From Candidatus Methanomethylophilaceae archaeon (GTDB taxonomy: Archaea > Thermoplasmatota > Thermoplasmata > Methanomassiliicoccales > Methanomethylophilaceae): a DNA stretch of 64,000 bases. Shown here piece by piece: positions 28,531 to 39,402 of this stretch. Each line of letters opens with the position of its first letter. Within the stretch, counting starts at the first letter, position 1. The DNA is taken from positions 44,307 to 108,306 of the forward strand of contig CAVIAJ010000004.1 of the NCBI GenBank assembly GCA_963640855.1, written 5' to 3'. The notes under the pieces are model-generated. The model saw nothing but the letters and a program-made list of their open reading frames with translations, made no database searches and had not been told where the DNA came from. The position numbers and the translations under genes were made by a program.

Positions 28531-29520
28531 ATGACGGAGTTGTACGGATATTATTGGAACGGAGACCGTTTCGAAGAAGGACGTATCACTTTGAACGGAG
28601 ATTCCGTCATTGATTTCGAATGCTGTTCCTTACCTTCGGATAAGAAAATCCATACGGTTTTTCCCGGGATCGTCGACGGACATACCCACGTAGCCGATTC
28701 CGGTTTGAAATTGGAGAGAAAATATTCGCTTGAGGAATTGGTCGCACCTCCGAACGGACTCAAGCACAGATACCTTTCCGATACTCCGAGAGATGTTCTG
28801 ATTGACGGTATGAAGAAATACACTTCAAAACTCAGATCGAACGGTGTCTCAAAGTTCATAGACTTCAGAGAAGGGGGGCCGGAAGGAGTGAAAATGCTCA
28901 GAGAAGCATCTCCCGATGCGGTTATCCTCGGACGTCCCGTTTCGAAAGAATTCGATTCAGGCGAAATAGATTTCGTCCTGAATACGGCGGACGGTATCGG
29001 AATATCTAGTATCACGGATATGGATCGCAAATACATCGACAGAATCGCCGATGCAGTCCGCAGAAGAAAAAAGATACTGGCTCTTCATGTTTCCGAAAGA
29101 ATACGCGAAGACATCGATTATGTGATATCCCTCGACCCCGATTTCATCGTACATATGGTTCAGGCAACGGAAAACGACATGAAGAAATGCGCCGACTCGG
29201 ACATACCAGTTGTGGTGTGTGCCTCCTCCAACCAATACTTCGGTATGACTCCGAACATAAAAGCGATGCTCGACTCGGGAATAACGGTTTCTCTGGGTAC
29301 AGACAACGCAATGCTCTGTCCTTCCGCCGACATTTTCAGTGAATTCAACGTGTTTCGGAAGATACTTTCCGCACAGGGAGGGAACGGAGATGATGCATAC
29401 AGGTGTCTTTTCACGCCTGAAAGCAAGTTATTATATCGTCAGTTTCCGATAGAGATTCATCCGGAAAACGATGCAAAAGTAACTGTCGTCCCGTCCTCAC
29501 CCGACAGGATCGTCGGCTGA
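28531..29520 (+). CDS. Amidohydrolase family protein
   Basis: PG.VDGHTH, LHVSE, VHM, LGTDN. Confidence 0.9.
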   Translation: MTELYGYYWNGDRFEEGRITLNGDSVIDFECCSLPSDKKIHTVFPGIVDGHTHVADSGLKLERKYSLEELVAPPNGLKHRYLSDTPRDVLIDGMKKYTSKLRSNGVSKFIDFREGGPEGVKMLREASPDAVILGRPVSKEFDSGEIDFVLNTADGIGISSITDMDRKYIDRIADAVRRRKKILALHVSERIREDIDYVISLDPDFIVHMVQATENDMKKCADSDIPVVVCASSNQYFGMTPNIKAMLDSGITVSLGTDNAMLCPSADIFSEFNVFRKILSAQGGNGDDAYRCLFTPESKLLYRQFPIEIHPENDAKVTVVPSSPDRIVG

Positions 29521-29554
29521 CTGTGCCGAAACTTTCCGGTAAGGAGGAAAGAAT

Positions 29555-29998
29555 ATGACATTCAAGAACATCCTCGTCCCTACAGATGGGAGCGAATATA
29601 CCAAAGCTGCCATCAACAACGCTGTTGAGATGGCAAAGAAATACAGCGCGAAAGTAACCGCACTGTATGTAATAGATCAGACGGTCTTCGTCAACATGCC
29701 GCTCGATTCCGCAGTGATGAATACATACTCACTGCTGAAGAAAGAGGGAGAGAACGCTGTCAGTTATGTATCGGACCTCTGCAAAAAGAACGGTATCGAA
29801 TTTGAGACAAAGATCGTCGAAGGTGCACCCGTCAAATGTATCGTGGATGCATCGAAAGATTTCGATATCATCGTAATGGGGACCCTGGGAAGAACGGGAT
29901 TCTCCAAATTAATGATGGGAAGCGTCGCAGAACGTGTCGTCAGGTACTCCGACTGCCCCGTATTGGTAGTAAGATCGAAGGAAGGAGAGAAGAAATGA
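29555..29998 (+). CDS. Universal stress protein
   Basis: ILVPTDGS, MG..GRTG...MGSVAE.V. Confidence 0.95.
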   Translation: MTFKNILVPTDGSEYTKAAINNAVEMAKKYSAKVTALYVIDQTVFVNMPLDSAVMNTYSLLKKEGENAVSYVSDLCKKNGIEFETKIVEGAPVKCIVDASKDFDIIVMGTLGRTGFSKLMMGSVAERVVRYSDCPVLVVRSKEGEKK

Positions 29999-30834
29999 GA
30001 GCAGTAGAGGAGATTATGGTAAAGGTACCCATTGTAGTTGAGGTACCCGGCAGCCGCAGCGATGCAATCAACGTAATGGTAAGAAACAACGTTACGGGTG
30101 CACCCGTCGTACGTTCGAAAGACGGACAGCTTGTAGGCATCGTTTCAAGGAAAGATGTCTTCAACAACATGGACGAGGAACAGCTTTCCCTCATTATGAA
30201 AAAGAACATCGTCACCGTCAGTCCGGACACAACAATCGACGAGGTTGCGAAAATCTTCGTCGAGAAGAGAATCCACAGACTGCCTGTTGTCGAGAACGGA
30301 AAACTCATCGGTCTCGTCACACCTACGGATCTCCTCTACGATGTGAAAAATCTCAAAACAACGATGACTGCGGAGAGTGTAATCAGCACAACATGCGTGA
30401 CAACATACGAAGAAGATCCTCTGTCATATGTGGTTGCGGCAATGAGAGTGAGCAAAATTACATCTTTCCCCGTACTCGACGCACACGGAAAGCTTGTAGG
30501 TATTATCACAGACCGTGATATGTTCCTCGATCAGAGTAAAGATGTCAACGCACTCAAGGAAATGGGTCTTGACGAAGCAAATCAGCAGCTCGCAGGTTAC
30601 CGCAACGTGCTTCCCCTGTTCTACATGGCAATGAACAAAGATATTTCCGAAGACCGTAAGGTAAAAGATTACATGGTCAAGGATCCCACCACGGTATTCA
30701 AGAAGACATCGTTATCCGAAGTAGCCAAACTGATGAAGCAGTACAACTTCGGACAGATACCCGTACGCGGTAACAAGGATGAACTTCTGGGAATGATTTA
30801 TGATGTGGATGTGCTTTCGGCACTCCTGAGATGA
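29995..30834 (+). CDS. Four-CBS-domain protein
   Basis: Repeated PVV..G.LVGI motifs. Confidence 0.9.
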   Translation: MRAVEEIMVKVPIVVEVPGSRSDAINVMVRNNVTGAPVVRSKDGQLVGIVSRKDVFNNMDEEQLSLIMKKNIVTVSPDTTIDEVAKIFVEKRIHRLPVVENGKLIGLVTPTDLLYDVKNLKTTMTAESVISTTCVTTYEEDPLSYVVAAMRVSKITSFPVLDAHGKLVGIITDRDMFLDQSKDVNALKEMGLDEANQQLAGYRNVLPLFYMAMNKDISEDRKVKDYMVKDPTTVFKKTSLSEVAKLMKQYNFGQIPVRGNKDELLGMIYDVDVLSALLR

Positions 30835-30838
30835 TCAT

Positions 30839-32548
30839 ATGTCTGACAACGCCACCGAGCTGATGGCCCTCTGCAAGCGCAGAGGCTTCATCTATCCGTC
30901 ATTCGAGGTATACGGAGGTGTCGCAGGGATGTACGACTACGGACCCCTGGGATGCATCCTCAAGAACAACATAGTAGAGTCATGGAGACACATCTACAAA
31001 GGAAGAGAAGGATTCATAGAGATTGACAGTGAAACTGTCAACCCGCGTGATGTGTTCAAAGCATCGGGTCACTTAGATAACTTCTCCGATTTGATCACAT
31101 ACTGTAAGGAATGCGATGCACCGTTCAGGGCAGACCACCTTGTCAAAGGATTCGTAGACAATCCCGATGTGCTTTCTCCGAAACAGCTCGAAGAAGCATT
31201 CGTGAAATTCAACGTGAAATGTCCCGAATGCGGCGGCGAACTCGGACCCGTGGATGAGTTCAACCTTATGTTCAAGACATACATCGGACCCGGTTCCGCA
31301 CGTGTCGGTTACATGAGGCCGGAAACCGCACAGGGTATTTTCGTTAACTATCCGAATCTCTACAGATACAACAGAGAGAAACTTCCTCTCGGTGTAATGC
31401 AGACGGGAAGGAGTTACAGAAACGAGATCGCACCCCGTCAGGGTATGATCCGTATGAGAGAGTTCAACCAGATGGAGGTTGAACTGTTTGTCGATCCCGA
31501 GGATAAGGATTGGAGCAGATTCTCTGAAATTGAGAATGAGGTGTTGGATCTCATTCCGAACACTACGCTTAAACTCACAACAATGACCGTAAAAGAAGCA
31601 GTCGAGAAAGGCGTAATTGCAAACCGTGTCCTCGCTTACTTCGTATACACCACGAAACAGTTGCTTGTTTCCGTGGGAATCGACCCCAAGAGGCTCAGAT
31701 TCAGAGAGCACGAGAAGGACGAGATGGCCCACTATGCCGCAGACTGTTGGGATGCCGAAGTTCTCCTTTCCTACGGATGGACGGAGATTGTCGGTATTGC
31801 GGACAGAGGTTCATGGGATCTTACGAGACACGCACAGTTCTCCGGACAGGACATGACGCACTTCAAGAAGTTCGATGTCCCCAAGGAGATTGAGATTGAC
31901 AGGATTAAAGCAAAGAACAAAGCTCTCGGACCGAGGTTCAAAGGACAGGCAAAGGATGTTGCCGCGGCAATCGAAGCATCCAAACCCGAAGACGTTAAAG
32001 ACGGCAAACTTACCGTTACAGTCAACGGAGAATCCGTTGAATTAGACGGAGAATGCTTCGAAGTAGTACACGTAAAGGAGAAAATCTCCGGTGAGCGTGT
32101 CATTCCCCACGTTATTGAGCCCTCGCACGGTCTCGACAGGATATTCTACTCTGTTCTCGAGCACGCATACGAGCACGACGAGAAAGAAGACTATACAGTA
32201 CTTCACCTCGCACCCGCAGTCGCTCCGATCAAAGTGGGAGTGTTCCCTCTTATGGAGAAGGACGGACTCGACACCGTTGCGAAAGAAATCTACGAAGACG
32301 TTCACAGATCCGATGCGGAAGCATATTACGACGGATCGGGAACCATCGGAAAGAGATACGCAAGGATGGATGAAATCGGTACTCCCTGGTGTATCACCGT
32401 CGATTACGAATCGGTGGAAGACGGTGCAAACAAGGGAACCGTCACCATCAGAGACCGTGATTCGAAGGAACAGAAGCGTGTGAAGATCGAAGATATCAGA
32501 AAGATTGTCGACGAACTTCTCGCCGGAAAGCCCTTCGCATCCATCTGA
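30839..32548 (+). CDS. glyS: Glycine--tRNA ligase (alpha2 type)
   Basis: YDYGPLG, RPETAQGIF, RNEI.PR, IEPS.G.DR. Confidence 0.98.
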   Translation: MSDNATELMALCKRRGFIYPSFEVYGGVAGMYDYGPLGCILKNNIVESWRHIYKGREGFIEIDSETVNPRDVFKASGHLDNFSDLITYCKECDAPFRADHLVKGFVDNPDVLSPKQLEEAFVKFNVKCPECGGELGPVDEFNLMFKTYIGPGSARVGYMRPETAQGIFVNYPNLYRYNREKLPLGVMQTGRSYRNEIAPRQGMIRMREFNQMEVELFVDPEDKDWSRFSEIENEVLDLIPNTTLKLTTMTVKEAVEKGVIANRVLAYFVYTTKQLLVSVGIDPKRLRFREHEKDEMAHYAADCWDAEVLLSYGWTEIVGIADRGSWDLTRHAQFSGQDMTHFKKFDVPKEIEIDRIKAKNKALGPRFKGQAKDVAAAIEASKPEDVKDGKLTVTVNGESVELDGECFEVVHVKEKISGERVIPHVIEPSHGLDRIFYSVLEHAYEHDEKEDYTVLHLAPAVAPIKVGVFPLMEKDGLDTVAKEIYEDVHRSDAEAYYDGSGTIGKRYARMDEIGTPWCITVDYESVEDGANKGTVTIRDRDSKEQKRVKIEDIRKIVDELLAGKPFASI

Positions 32549-32704
32549 TAGATAAACGTTTGTACCGCGGACGGCCGTTTCGACCGTCCGTCGGTCGTTT
32601 TTACAGAATACGATTATTCCTGTGGGAATCTTTCGGATTAATTTTTATTCTTTCTGGCAATGCTTATATTCCCTCAACCCCGTGTTAATTCCGAGGTGTA
32701 AAAA

Positions 32705-33886
32705 GTGGGAGTAAAAGACCTGCAGGATCTGAAAAAGATCGCAATGCTCAGATCTCAAATCGAAAGCAAAACGGTCGAAGATATAATGGACACCGAATAC
32801 CCCAGCATCGGGCCTGATGAGAAACTCAACAACGCCCTTATGCTGATGAAAGGCAGCGGATATCAGGACATCCCTGTCATTGATGACGGCGAATATATCG
32901 GAACGATAAGCTACGGCTCGGTTCTCAAGAAGAAGAGCATAGCACTCGATTCCAAAGTAAGGAACCTCATCAGCTCATCACCCGTCATAACGAAGGATAT
33001 GGGCCTCACAAAGGTCGCTGAGATGATGATCCTCAACAACCTGAGACAGATTCCTGTCGTAGGTACGAACAGGAAGAAGGTCATCGGATGTATCGGAAGG
33101 AAACAGATGATCGATCTCGTCATCGGCATCAAGGTCTTCAAGGACATTCAGGTGTTCGAGATAATGAACACACCTGTCGAAAGTGTCAGAGAGAACCAGC
33201 TCCTCGACGATGCACTTGAGATCATGAGGGAATTGGACATCAGAACCGTCCCCGTTACGGACAGCAAAGGCGGAATCACCGGTATCGTCGGAATGAAGGA
33301 AGTCATCGAGAACAACTGGAAATCCACCAGTAAAACCGTGGGAGATATCTACGGTAAGACGAAGAAGACCTCCACGACGATCGAGTCCATATGCATGTCC
33401 GCAGTGAAAACAGTGAACTGGGACGATGACATCGAGACGGCAGTCGAGATGATGTCCGAAAACGGCATCTCAACCATCCCCGTCCTCGACGAAGGCAGGT
33501 TGGCCGGAATAGTTACGCAGTACGATATCATCGAACTTATCTCCGCATGCAGGGAGAGGCAGTATCTGTTCATCCAACTCAGCGGATTGGACGATGAGGA
33601 CAAAGCATACTCATCTGCAATCTATGACAGCATAAGGGACGAAATGGAAAAGATCACCAGGATTGTCACTCCTGAGTCTCTTTCAATCCACGTTGCGAAG
33701 TACAACGAGAAGGGTGAGAAGAACAAGTACAGCATCACCGCGAGGCTCATCGCCGACGGCCGTGCGTACAGTGCCAAACAGGTCGATTGGGATCTGATCA
33801 AGACTGTTGACGATCTTATGGGAAAGATCACCGAGATGGTCATCGATCAGAAAGATTCCGTCACAAGCCGCAGAAAGAAAAAGTAA
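32705..33886 (+). CDS. Four CBS domains plus C-terminal HPF-like domain (Hib-like ribosome hibernation factor)
   Basis: CBS motifs then ~100-aa C-terminus with an HPF-like pattern ending WDLIKTVDDL..KI. Confidence 0.7.
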   Translation: MGVKDLQDLKKIAMLRSQIESKTVEDIMDTEYPSIGPDEKLNNALMLMKGSGYQDIPVIDDGEYIGTISYGSVLKKKSIALDSKVRNLISSSPVITKDMGLTKVAEMMILNNLRQIPVVGTNRKKVIGCIGRKQMIDLVIGIKVFKDIQVFEIMNTPVESVRENQLLDDALEIMRELDIRTVPVTDSKGGITGIVGMKEVIENNWKSTSKTVGDIYGKTKKTSTTIESICMSAVKTVNWDDDIETAVEMMSENGISTIPVLDEGRLAGIVTQYDIIELISACRERQYLFIQLSGLDDEDKAYSSAIYDSIRDEMEKITRIVTPESLSIHVAKYNEKGEKNKYSITARLIADGRAYSAKQVDWDLIKTVDDLMGKITEMVIDQKDSVTSRRKKK

Positions 33887-33954
33887 ACATAAACCGGAGA
33901 GGGGACTTCCCTCTCCGTTCTTCAATTATACATCTTCTGTTTTCCGAAGATATT

Positions 33955-34638
33955 ATGTTCGACGTAAGGAAAGAGTTAGAAGAATCCGCCGAGAAGAAAT
34001 ATGCGGAATTCTCCGCAAAACTCATCCCCGGAGAGGAAAATGTTCTCGGCGTAAGACTGCCGAAACTCAGACAGATTGCCAAAAGAATCTGTTCCGAATT
34101 CGATTGGAGAGAATACGTCGAAACATGGAAACCTCATTATTTCGAAGATTATCTTCTGAGAGGATTTGTTATATCCTACGCGAAAACGGATATCGACGAA
34201 CGCCTTGAACAATTCAGATTATTCATTCCTCTGATAGAAAACTGGTCCGTCTGCGATTCATTCTCGAATACGTGGAAACCTGATAAAGAGGAAAAACAGA
34301 GAGTCTGGAACTTCATACTTCCGTATCTCGACACGGGCGAAGAATTCAAAATGCGTTACTCCGCGGTAATGATGCTGACACATTTCATTGACGATGAGCA
34401 TATCGACGAAATCATCGGATTATTGGATTCGCATCATCACGACGGCTACTATTACAAAATGGGTGCGGCATGGACTCTGTCCGTGTGTTTTGCGAAATAT
34501 CCCGGGAAGACTTACGCATACATAAGCGGAAAGAACAGCCTCGATGACGAGACGTTCAATATGCTCATCGGGAAGATCAGAGATTCATACCGCATATCCG
34601 ATGAGATGAAGATTAAAACGAAAGCTCTGAAGAGATAA
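33955..34638 (+). CDS. DNA alkylation repair protein (AlkD-like)
   Basis: LGVRLP.LR, NW.VCD, YY.KMG.AW.LS. Confidence 0.85.
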   Translation: MFDVRKELEESAEKKYAEFSAKLIPGEENVLGVRLPKLRQIAKRICSEFDWREYVETWKPHYFEDYLLRGFVISYAKTDIDERLEQFRLFIPLIENWSVCDSFSNTWKPDKEEKQRVWNFILPYLDTGEEFKMRYSAVMMLTHFIDDEHIDEIIGLLDSHHHDGYYYKMGAAWTLSVCFAKYPGKTYAYISGKNSLDDETFNMLIGKIRDSYRISDEMKIKTKALKR

Positions 34639-35190
34639 TCAGGCAACCGTCTTTTTTATTTCTTCAACAATTGCATCCGCATTCTCGTTACCGACACGTG
34701 CACCGTTTCTGAGATAGAACGACCATCCGCGCATTTCACAGTCTTTTCTGTAAATTTCATTGGTGACTGCGATAACTCTCTCCGCCGGGAGTACGGGCAT
34801 GAGCATTGCGAACATATCCTTCGGAACACATACGATGATTTTATCGAAAGGTTTCACGAGATATGCGATCTTACCGACGAAATCCTTCTCTTCCTGAAGT
34901 TTTTCATAATCCGCTTTGCAGGAAGGAACGAAGTCGTACTTCATTACCACATAATTCGAAGGAATAAATCCGAATTTTCCGGATATTATACCGAATGATG
35001 CCGCGGTAATCTTCGACAGACGGTCGTAAAGATTCTTCACTTCGGTGCATCTTCCTCCGAACATGTCGTAAGCGCTCACAAATCCGTTACTCTGAAACAC
35101 TGTGGAATCGTTGGTTATGACCAATACCTTTCTGTCGGAACCGCTTACCGTATCCGGTCTCATCAGTCCGCCGGGGCCTGCCGTTCCCAT
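34639..35190 (-). CDS. Conserved hypothetical protein
   Basis: IISGKFGFI motif; downstream of hypD. Confidence 0.6.
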   Translation of the reverse strand: MGTAGPGGLMRPDTVSGSDRKVLVITNDSTVFQSNGFVSAYDMFGGRCTEVKNLYDRLSKITAASFGIISGKFGFIPSNYVVMKYDFVPSCKADYEKLQEEKDFVGKIAYLVKPFDKIIVCVPKDMFAMLMPVLPAERVIAVTNEIYRKDCEMRGWSFYLRNGARVGNENADAIVEEIKKTVA

Positions 35191-35193
35191 AAT

Positions 35194-36273
35194 TCACACC
35201 CTCTTGCTTCCGAGGCGGTATGCGATGTTGCAGTTACCTTCAGCGGATACCATACACGGTCCGGAAGGACTCGTGGGTTTGCATGCTCTTCCGAACATAG
35301 GACATTCCTCGGAACGGATCAATCCTCTCAGAACTTCTCCGCACCTGCATCCTTTTGCTTCGGGTTCGACAAACGGAGTGGTCTTGAGAATGTCTTCGTG
35401 GACTTTCGTTGCGTCGTAAGCTTCGTATTTCTTCTTGAGTACCAGTGCACTCTTTTTGATAACAGGGAATCCTCTCCATGCCCTGTCGACGGGGTCGAAG
35501 GTATCTTCCATCAGCTTCATCGCCTTGGGGTTTCCTTCGGGCTTTACGAGTCTTGTGTATTCATTTTCGACTTCGCATCTTCCCTCTTTCAGCTGCTTAC
35601 AGAGCATATAAGTAGACATCAGAATATCCAAAGGCTCGAAACCTGCGACTACCTGAGGCATGTGATACTGTTCCGCGAAGGGTTCGAACATCTTCGTTCC
35701 CGTGATAACGGCAACATGCCCGGGATCGATAAGTCCCTGTACTTTGGTCTCACCCATATCGAAAATGGCTTTCAGAATCGGAGGGCAGATTCTGTGACAG
35801 CTGTAAATACTGAAGTTATCGGGAAGTTCTTTCTGAAGAGGAACACAGGTTGAAGGTGCCGTTGTTTCAAAACCTACGGCAACGAATACCAAAGGCTTCG
35901 TCTGCTCCTTTGCCATTCTGACTGCGTCTTCTATTGAATAAACGATTCTTACGTCGGCTCCTTCGGATCTTGTATCGTTGAGCGTTCCGATTGTTGTGGG
36001 AACCCTCATCATATCTCCGAAAGCACAGATTGTTACTCCGTTCCTCGCCAATGTAATTGCATCCGCAATCTCACTGCTTGTTGTTACACAGACAGGACAT
36101 CCGGGGCCCTGACGGATTTCGACACCCACTTCGTTGAGCATTTCTTCGAGACCGAAACGTACGATGGTGTCCTGGTGCGTACCGCAGACGTGCATAAATG
36201 TGTAATCGACATTCATTTCGCGTATCTTATCCAAGATTTTCTTCGCTGTTGCCTCATCTCTGTACCTGAACAT
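35194..36273 (-). CDS. hypD: Hydrogenase maturation factor HypD
   Basis: HVCGTH, GPGCPVC, GFETTAP, PGHV, G.CMVS.EG.C. Confidence 0.97.
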   Translation of the reverse strand: MFRYRDEATAKKILDKIREMNVDYTFMHVCGTHQDTIVRFGLEEMLNEVGVEIRQGPGCPVCVTTSSEIADAITLARNGVTICAFGDMMRVPTTIGTLNDTRSEGADVRIVYSIEDAVRMAKEQTKPLVFVAVGFETTAPSTCVPLQKELPDNFSIYSCHRICPPILKAIFDMGETKVQGLIDPGHVAVITGTKMFEPFAEQYHMPQVVAGFEPLDILMSTYMLCKQLKEGRCEVENEYTRLVKPEGNPKAMKLMEDTFDPVDRAWRGFPVIKKSALVLKKKYEAYDATKVHEDILKTTPFVEPEAKGCRCGEVLRGLIRSEECPMFGRACKPTSPSGPCMVSAEGNCNIAYRLGSKRV

Positions 36274-36650
36274 CAGTCCGCCTCCACAATCCTCAGATTT
36301 CTTACACTGCATGTCTGTCCCGCCGTAACCTTTACTCTGCCCCCGCATTCCGGACAGGAAAGTATCGGTATCGAGTGTCCGTCGTAATCGCTTTGGATGT
36401 TGTTGACGGGACCTTCGTATCCGCATTCACTGCATTTCACGGCAACGGCTTCTTTCTCGATGATCAGTTTGGAACCTTCGAGTTTTGTGTCTTTGGTGAC
36501 AATCTCGTATGCGAACTGCATCTGTTCTTCACCGAGACTTGTCATATCACCTATTACGAGAGTGACTTCCTCCACACTGCTCGCGTTGTATCTCTCCAAT
36601 TCTTTCAGAATCGCAGAAACGATATCCGACACGACAGACACTTCATGCAT
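36273..36650 (-). CDS. hypA: Hydrogenase nickel insertion protein HypA
   Basis: MHE start, two CxxC motifs. Confidence 0.95.
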   Translation of the reverse strand: MHEVSVVSDIVSAILKELERYNASSVEEVTLVIGDMTSLGEEQMQFAYEIVTKDTKLEGSKLIIEKEAVAVKCSECGYEGPVNNIQSDYDGHSIPILSCPECGGRVKVTAGQTCSVRNLRIVEAD

Positions 36651-36673
36651 CGGGACGGACAACGGAATCGCCG

Positions 36674-37333
36674 TTAATAAGGTATCGTGCAGGAATCGCA
36701 CATCGATCTGACAGAGCATTCGGAGCATCTGTGTCTGACGGGAAGACAGACCTTCTGACCGTGGCGTACGATGTAACGGTTGATGTCGTTCCATCTGTTT
36801 TCGGGTGTAATGCGCATCAATTCAAACTCTGTTTCCGTAGGATTGTCGGTATGAACCAATCCCATAAGATTGGAGATTCTGTGGACATGCGTATCCACAC
36901 AGACCGAAGGAATGTTCATTGCATAGGATCTGACACATGCCGCTGTTTTTCTTCCGACCATAGGTAATTTGAGTAATTCGTCGGTGTCTTCGGGTATCTT
37001 TCCGTTGTATTCGTTGCGGAGTACCTTACAGCATTTCACTATGGCTTCTCCCTTCTGTTTCGGGAATCCTGCGGGTTTGATTGCGTTGATTACTTTGTCT
37101 GTGTCCGCATCCGCAAGTTCACTGACGGAATTGTATAATCTGAAGAGAGCGTCGGATGCTTTTCTTGTGTTGTCGTCACGGGTTCTCTGGGACAGTATTG
37201 TTGCTATCAATACATGAAACGGATCCGCAGGCCATTCGGGGTTGAGGCCTTCGGACGAACGTCCGGGATATGCTCCGTCGCCGTATTCTTTCGAAAGCGT
37301 GTCTAATATCCAACAGATGTCCTTTTCAGCCAT
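36674..37333 (-). CDS. nth: Endonuclease III
   Basis: LIATILSQ, LP.VGRKTA, VDTHV.R, Fe-S Cys cluster. Confidence 0.95.
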   Translation of the reverse strand: MAEKDICWILDTLSKEYGDGAYPGRSSEGLNPEWPADPFHVLIATILSQRTRDDNTRKASDALFRLYNSVSELADADTDKVINAIKPAGFPKQKGEAIVKCCKVLRNEYNGKIPEDTDELLKLPMVGRKTAACVRSYAMNIPSVCVDTHVHRISNLMGLVHTDNPTETEFELMRITPENRWNDINRYIVRHGQKVCLPVRHRCSECSVRSMCDSCTIPY

Positions 37334-38556
37334 TTCATCGCCCCTTCCGCCATAAATAAGGATCCCGTGATCAATATTACATCGTCACCACGGATTTTCA
37401 TTGCTTCCGAAATCGCATCATCGATGTTACGGACGAATGTTACGTCGGATATGTGTTTCTTTACCGTATCGACAACAATATCGGGTGAAGCCGCTCTTTC
37501 GGAACCGGGAACTGTTACGATTACCTTCGATGCGATTTCCGAGAGATTTTCCGCGATTGTACCGATGTCTTTGTCACCGAGAATTCCGAACACGACGGTG
37601 ACCTTCCCGTACAGTTTTTTCACTGTTTCGAATGAAACTTTACTTCCTGCGGCTGTGTGTGAAACATCGATTACCATATTCTCTTCGGGGAACCATTCCA
37701 ATCTGCACGGCCAATAGACGTTTTCGAGACCTCTGTGTATGTCTTTCGATGTAATCTTATGACTGATATGACGTACCGCCTCGATTGCGGATACTGCGTT
37801 GCGGGCCTGATGTTCTCCGACCGAATTTACCGTATATTTTTCTCCGCAGTAATCGATTGCCGTGGATGTCCTGTCCATTGAGATTATCTCCGCATTCTTC
37901 GGAATAACAATCTCGGAACCGTTATTCTCCGCGGTTTTTCTTATAACATCCATTGCGGGACCTTTGTTGACTGTAACAACGGGAACGCCTTTCTTGATTA
38001 TTCCCGCCTTTTCGAATGCGATCTTTTCAACGGTATCTCCGAGATATTCTCTGTGTTCGAGACTTATGTTCGTTATTACTGAAACTTCGGGAGTAATTAT
38101 GTTCGTTGCATCGAACCTTCCGCCCATTCCCACTTCGATTACGGCGTATTCGACTCCTCTGTCTCTGAAAAAGAGAAATGCTATTGCCGTGGCAGCCTCG
38201 AAGAACGTACACTGTTTACCCTGAGAACTCATGTCTTCGATCTGTTCTCTCACGGTTTTTACGTATTCTTCCAATTCGTTATCCGAAATGGATGCACCGT
38301 TTACTCTCATCCTTTCGTTGAAATTCAGTATATGCGGGGATGTGTACAGTCCTGTTTTGATTCCGGATTGCCTTAAAATTGATTCGATCATCGCCGAAGT
38401 AGAACCTTTTCCGTCCGTACCTGCGATGTGAACGGATCTGAAAGAATTCTGGGGATTTTCCAATCTGTTCATTAATTCGGTAATGTTCTCCAATCCCAAT
38501 CTGATTCCGTGGGAACCGAGACCGTAGAACCAGGAAATCATTTCATCCTTATTCAT
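37303..38556 (-). CDS. folC: Folylpolyglutamate synthase/dihydrofolate synthase
   Basis: HIAGTDGKGS, YTSPH, EVGMGGRFDATN. Confidence 0.92.
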   Translation of the reverse strand: MNKDEMISWFYGLGSHGIRLGLENITELMNRLENPQNSFRSVHIAGTDGKGSTSAMIESILRQSGIKTGLYTSPHILNFNERMRVNGASISDNELEEYVKTVREQIEDMSSQGKQCTFFEAATAIAFLFFRDRGVEYAVIEVGMGGRFDATNIITPEVSVITNISLEHREYLGDTVEKIAFEKAGIIKKGVPVVTVNKGPAMDVIRKTAENNGSEIVIPKNAEIISMDRTSTAIDYCGEKYTVNSVGEHQARNAVSAIEAVRHISHKITSKDIHRGLENVYWPCRLEWFPEENMVIDVSHTAAGSKVSFETVKKLYGKVTVVFGILGDKDIGTIAENLSEIASKVIVTVPGSERAASPDIVVDTVKKHISDVTFVRNIDDAISEAMKIRGDDVILITGSLFMAEGAMKWLKRTSVGY

Positions 38557-39325
38557 CGGACCAACCCGAAATCATCTGATTGACTGTGACCCCTTTCTTC
38601 TTTGCAATCTTTCTGAAAAGATTCATCGCACCGGAACCGTACTGTGCGGCTTTTTTCTTCTTCGCCGCGACTTCCGGTTCGCCTATCTCTTCGGCTACTT
38701 CTCTCAGGCAGCGTTTCCTGACCTCTCCGGGCATAAGATCTTTCATATCCATTTTTTCGACGACAGCTCTTATGCGGGGATCCAGGTAGGGATACAGTAT
38801 CGTCTTTCCGAAGTGTTTTCCTACGGATGATTCGTGTTTCAGAGTCTCCGTAAACAGAGTTGCCATGTCCGCATCTCTCTGATCTCTGAATTCTTCCTCC
38901 GAGAGACCGACGTATTTGGAATATCCTGCGAATAATTCGTCCGCGCCCTGTCCTCCGATTATGATTTCTTCGGGAACGTTTTTCGACACATAGAATAAAG
39001 GAATCTCAAAGGACAGTGTGATGGGATTGACGGTACCCGTAATCTTCATCATTTCTCTGACATTTTCCTCCAAATCATTCTCGGATATCAACAGATGATT
39101 CCAGTCAAGACCTAAAACCTTCGACAGTCCCGAAGATTCGTTTACGTCGTATGCATCTTCGACACCTGCGGTGTACAGGCGGATTGATTTTGCGTAATCT
39201 CTCGCAATAGCGGCGACTATGCCGCAGTCCAATCCTCCGGAGAAGGCAACTGCGATATCCTTACCTTCAACCATTTCTCTTATGACTTCCGTCAAAGCCT
39301 TTCCGAGTTCCGAAGATACATCCAT
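38549..39325 (-). CDS. Asparagine synthase C-terminal domain protein
   Basis: FSGGLD, GQGADELFAGY, KKAAQYGSG. Confidence 0.9.
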   Translation of the reverse strand: MDVSSELGKALTEVIREMVEGKDIAVAFSGGLDCGIVAAIARDYAKSIRLYTAGVEDAYDVNESSGLSKVLGLDWNHLLISENDLEENVREMMKITGTVNPITLSFEIPLFYVSKNVPEEIIIGGQGADELFAGYSKYVGLSEEEFRDQRDADMATLFTETLKHESSVGKHFGKTILYPYLDPRIRAVVEKMDMKDLMPGEVRKRCLREVAEEIGEPEVAAKKKKAAQYGSGAMNLFRKIAKKKGVTVNQMISGWSDE

Positions 39326-39402
39326 AAACCGTCGTACGAAGGTATCGGATATACAACTATCCATCCCGGAGATATGAATTGCGGATGATTGTTTCCGATA
39401 GT

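Noticed and set aside
36274..36794. N-terminal extensions of HypD and HypA in the ORF track
   Set aside because: True starts are at the conserved MFRY (36273) and MHE (36650); the extensions overlap neighbouring genes.
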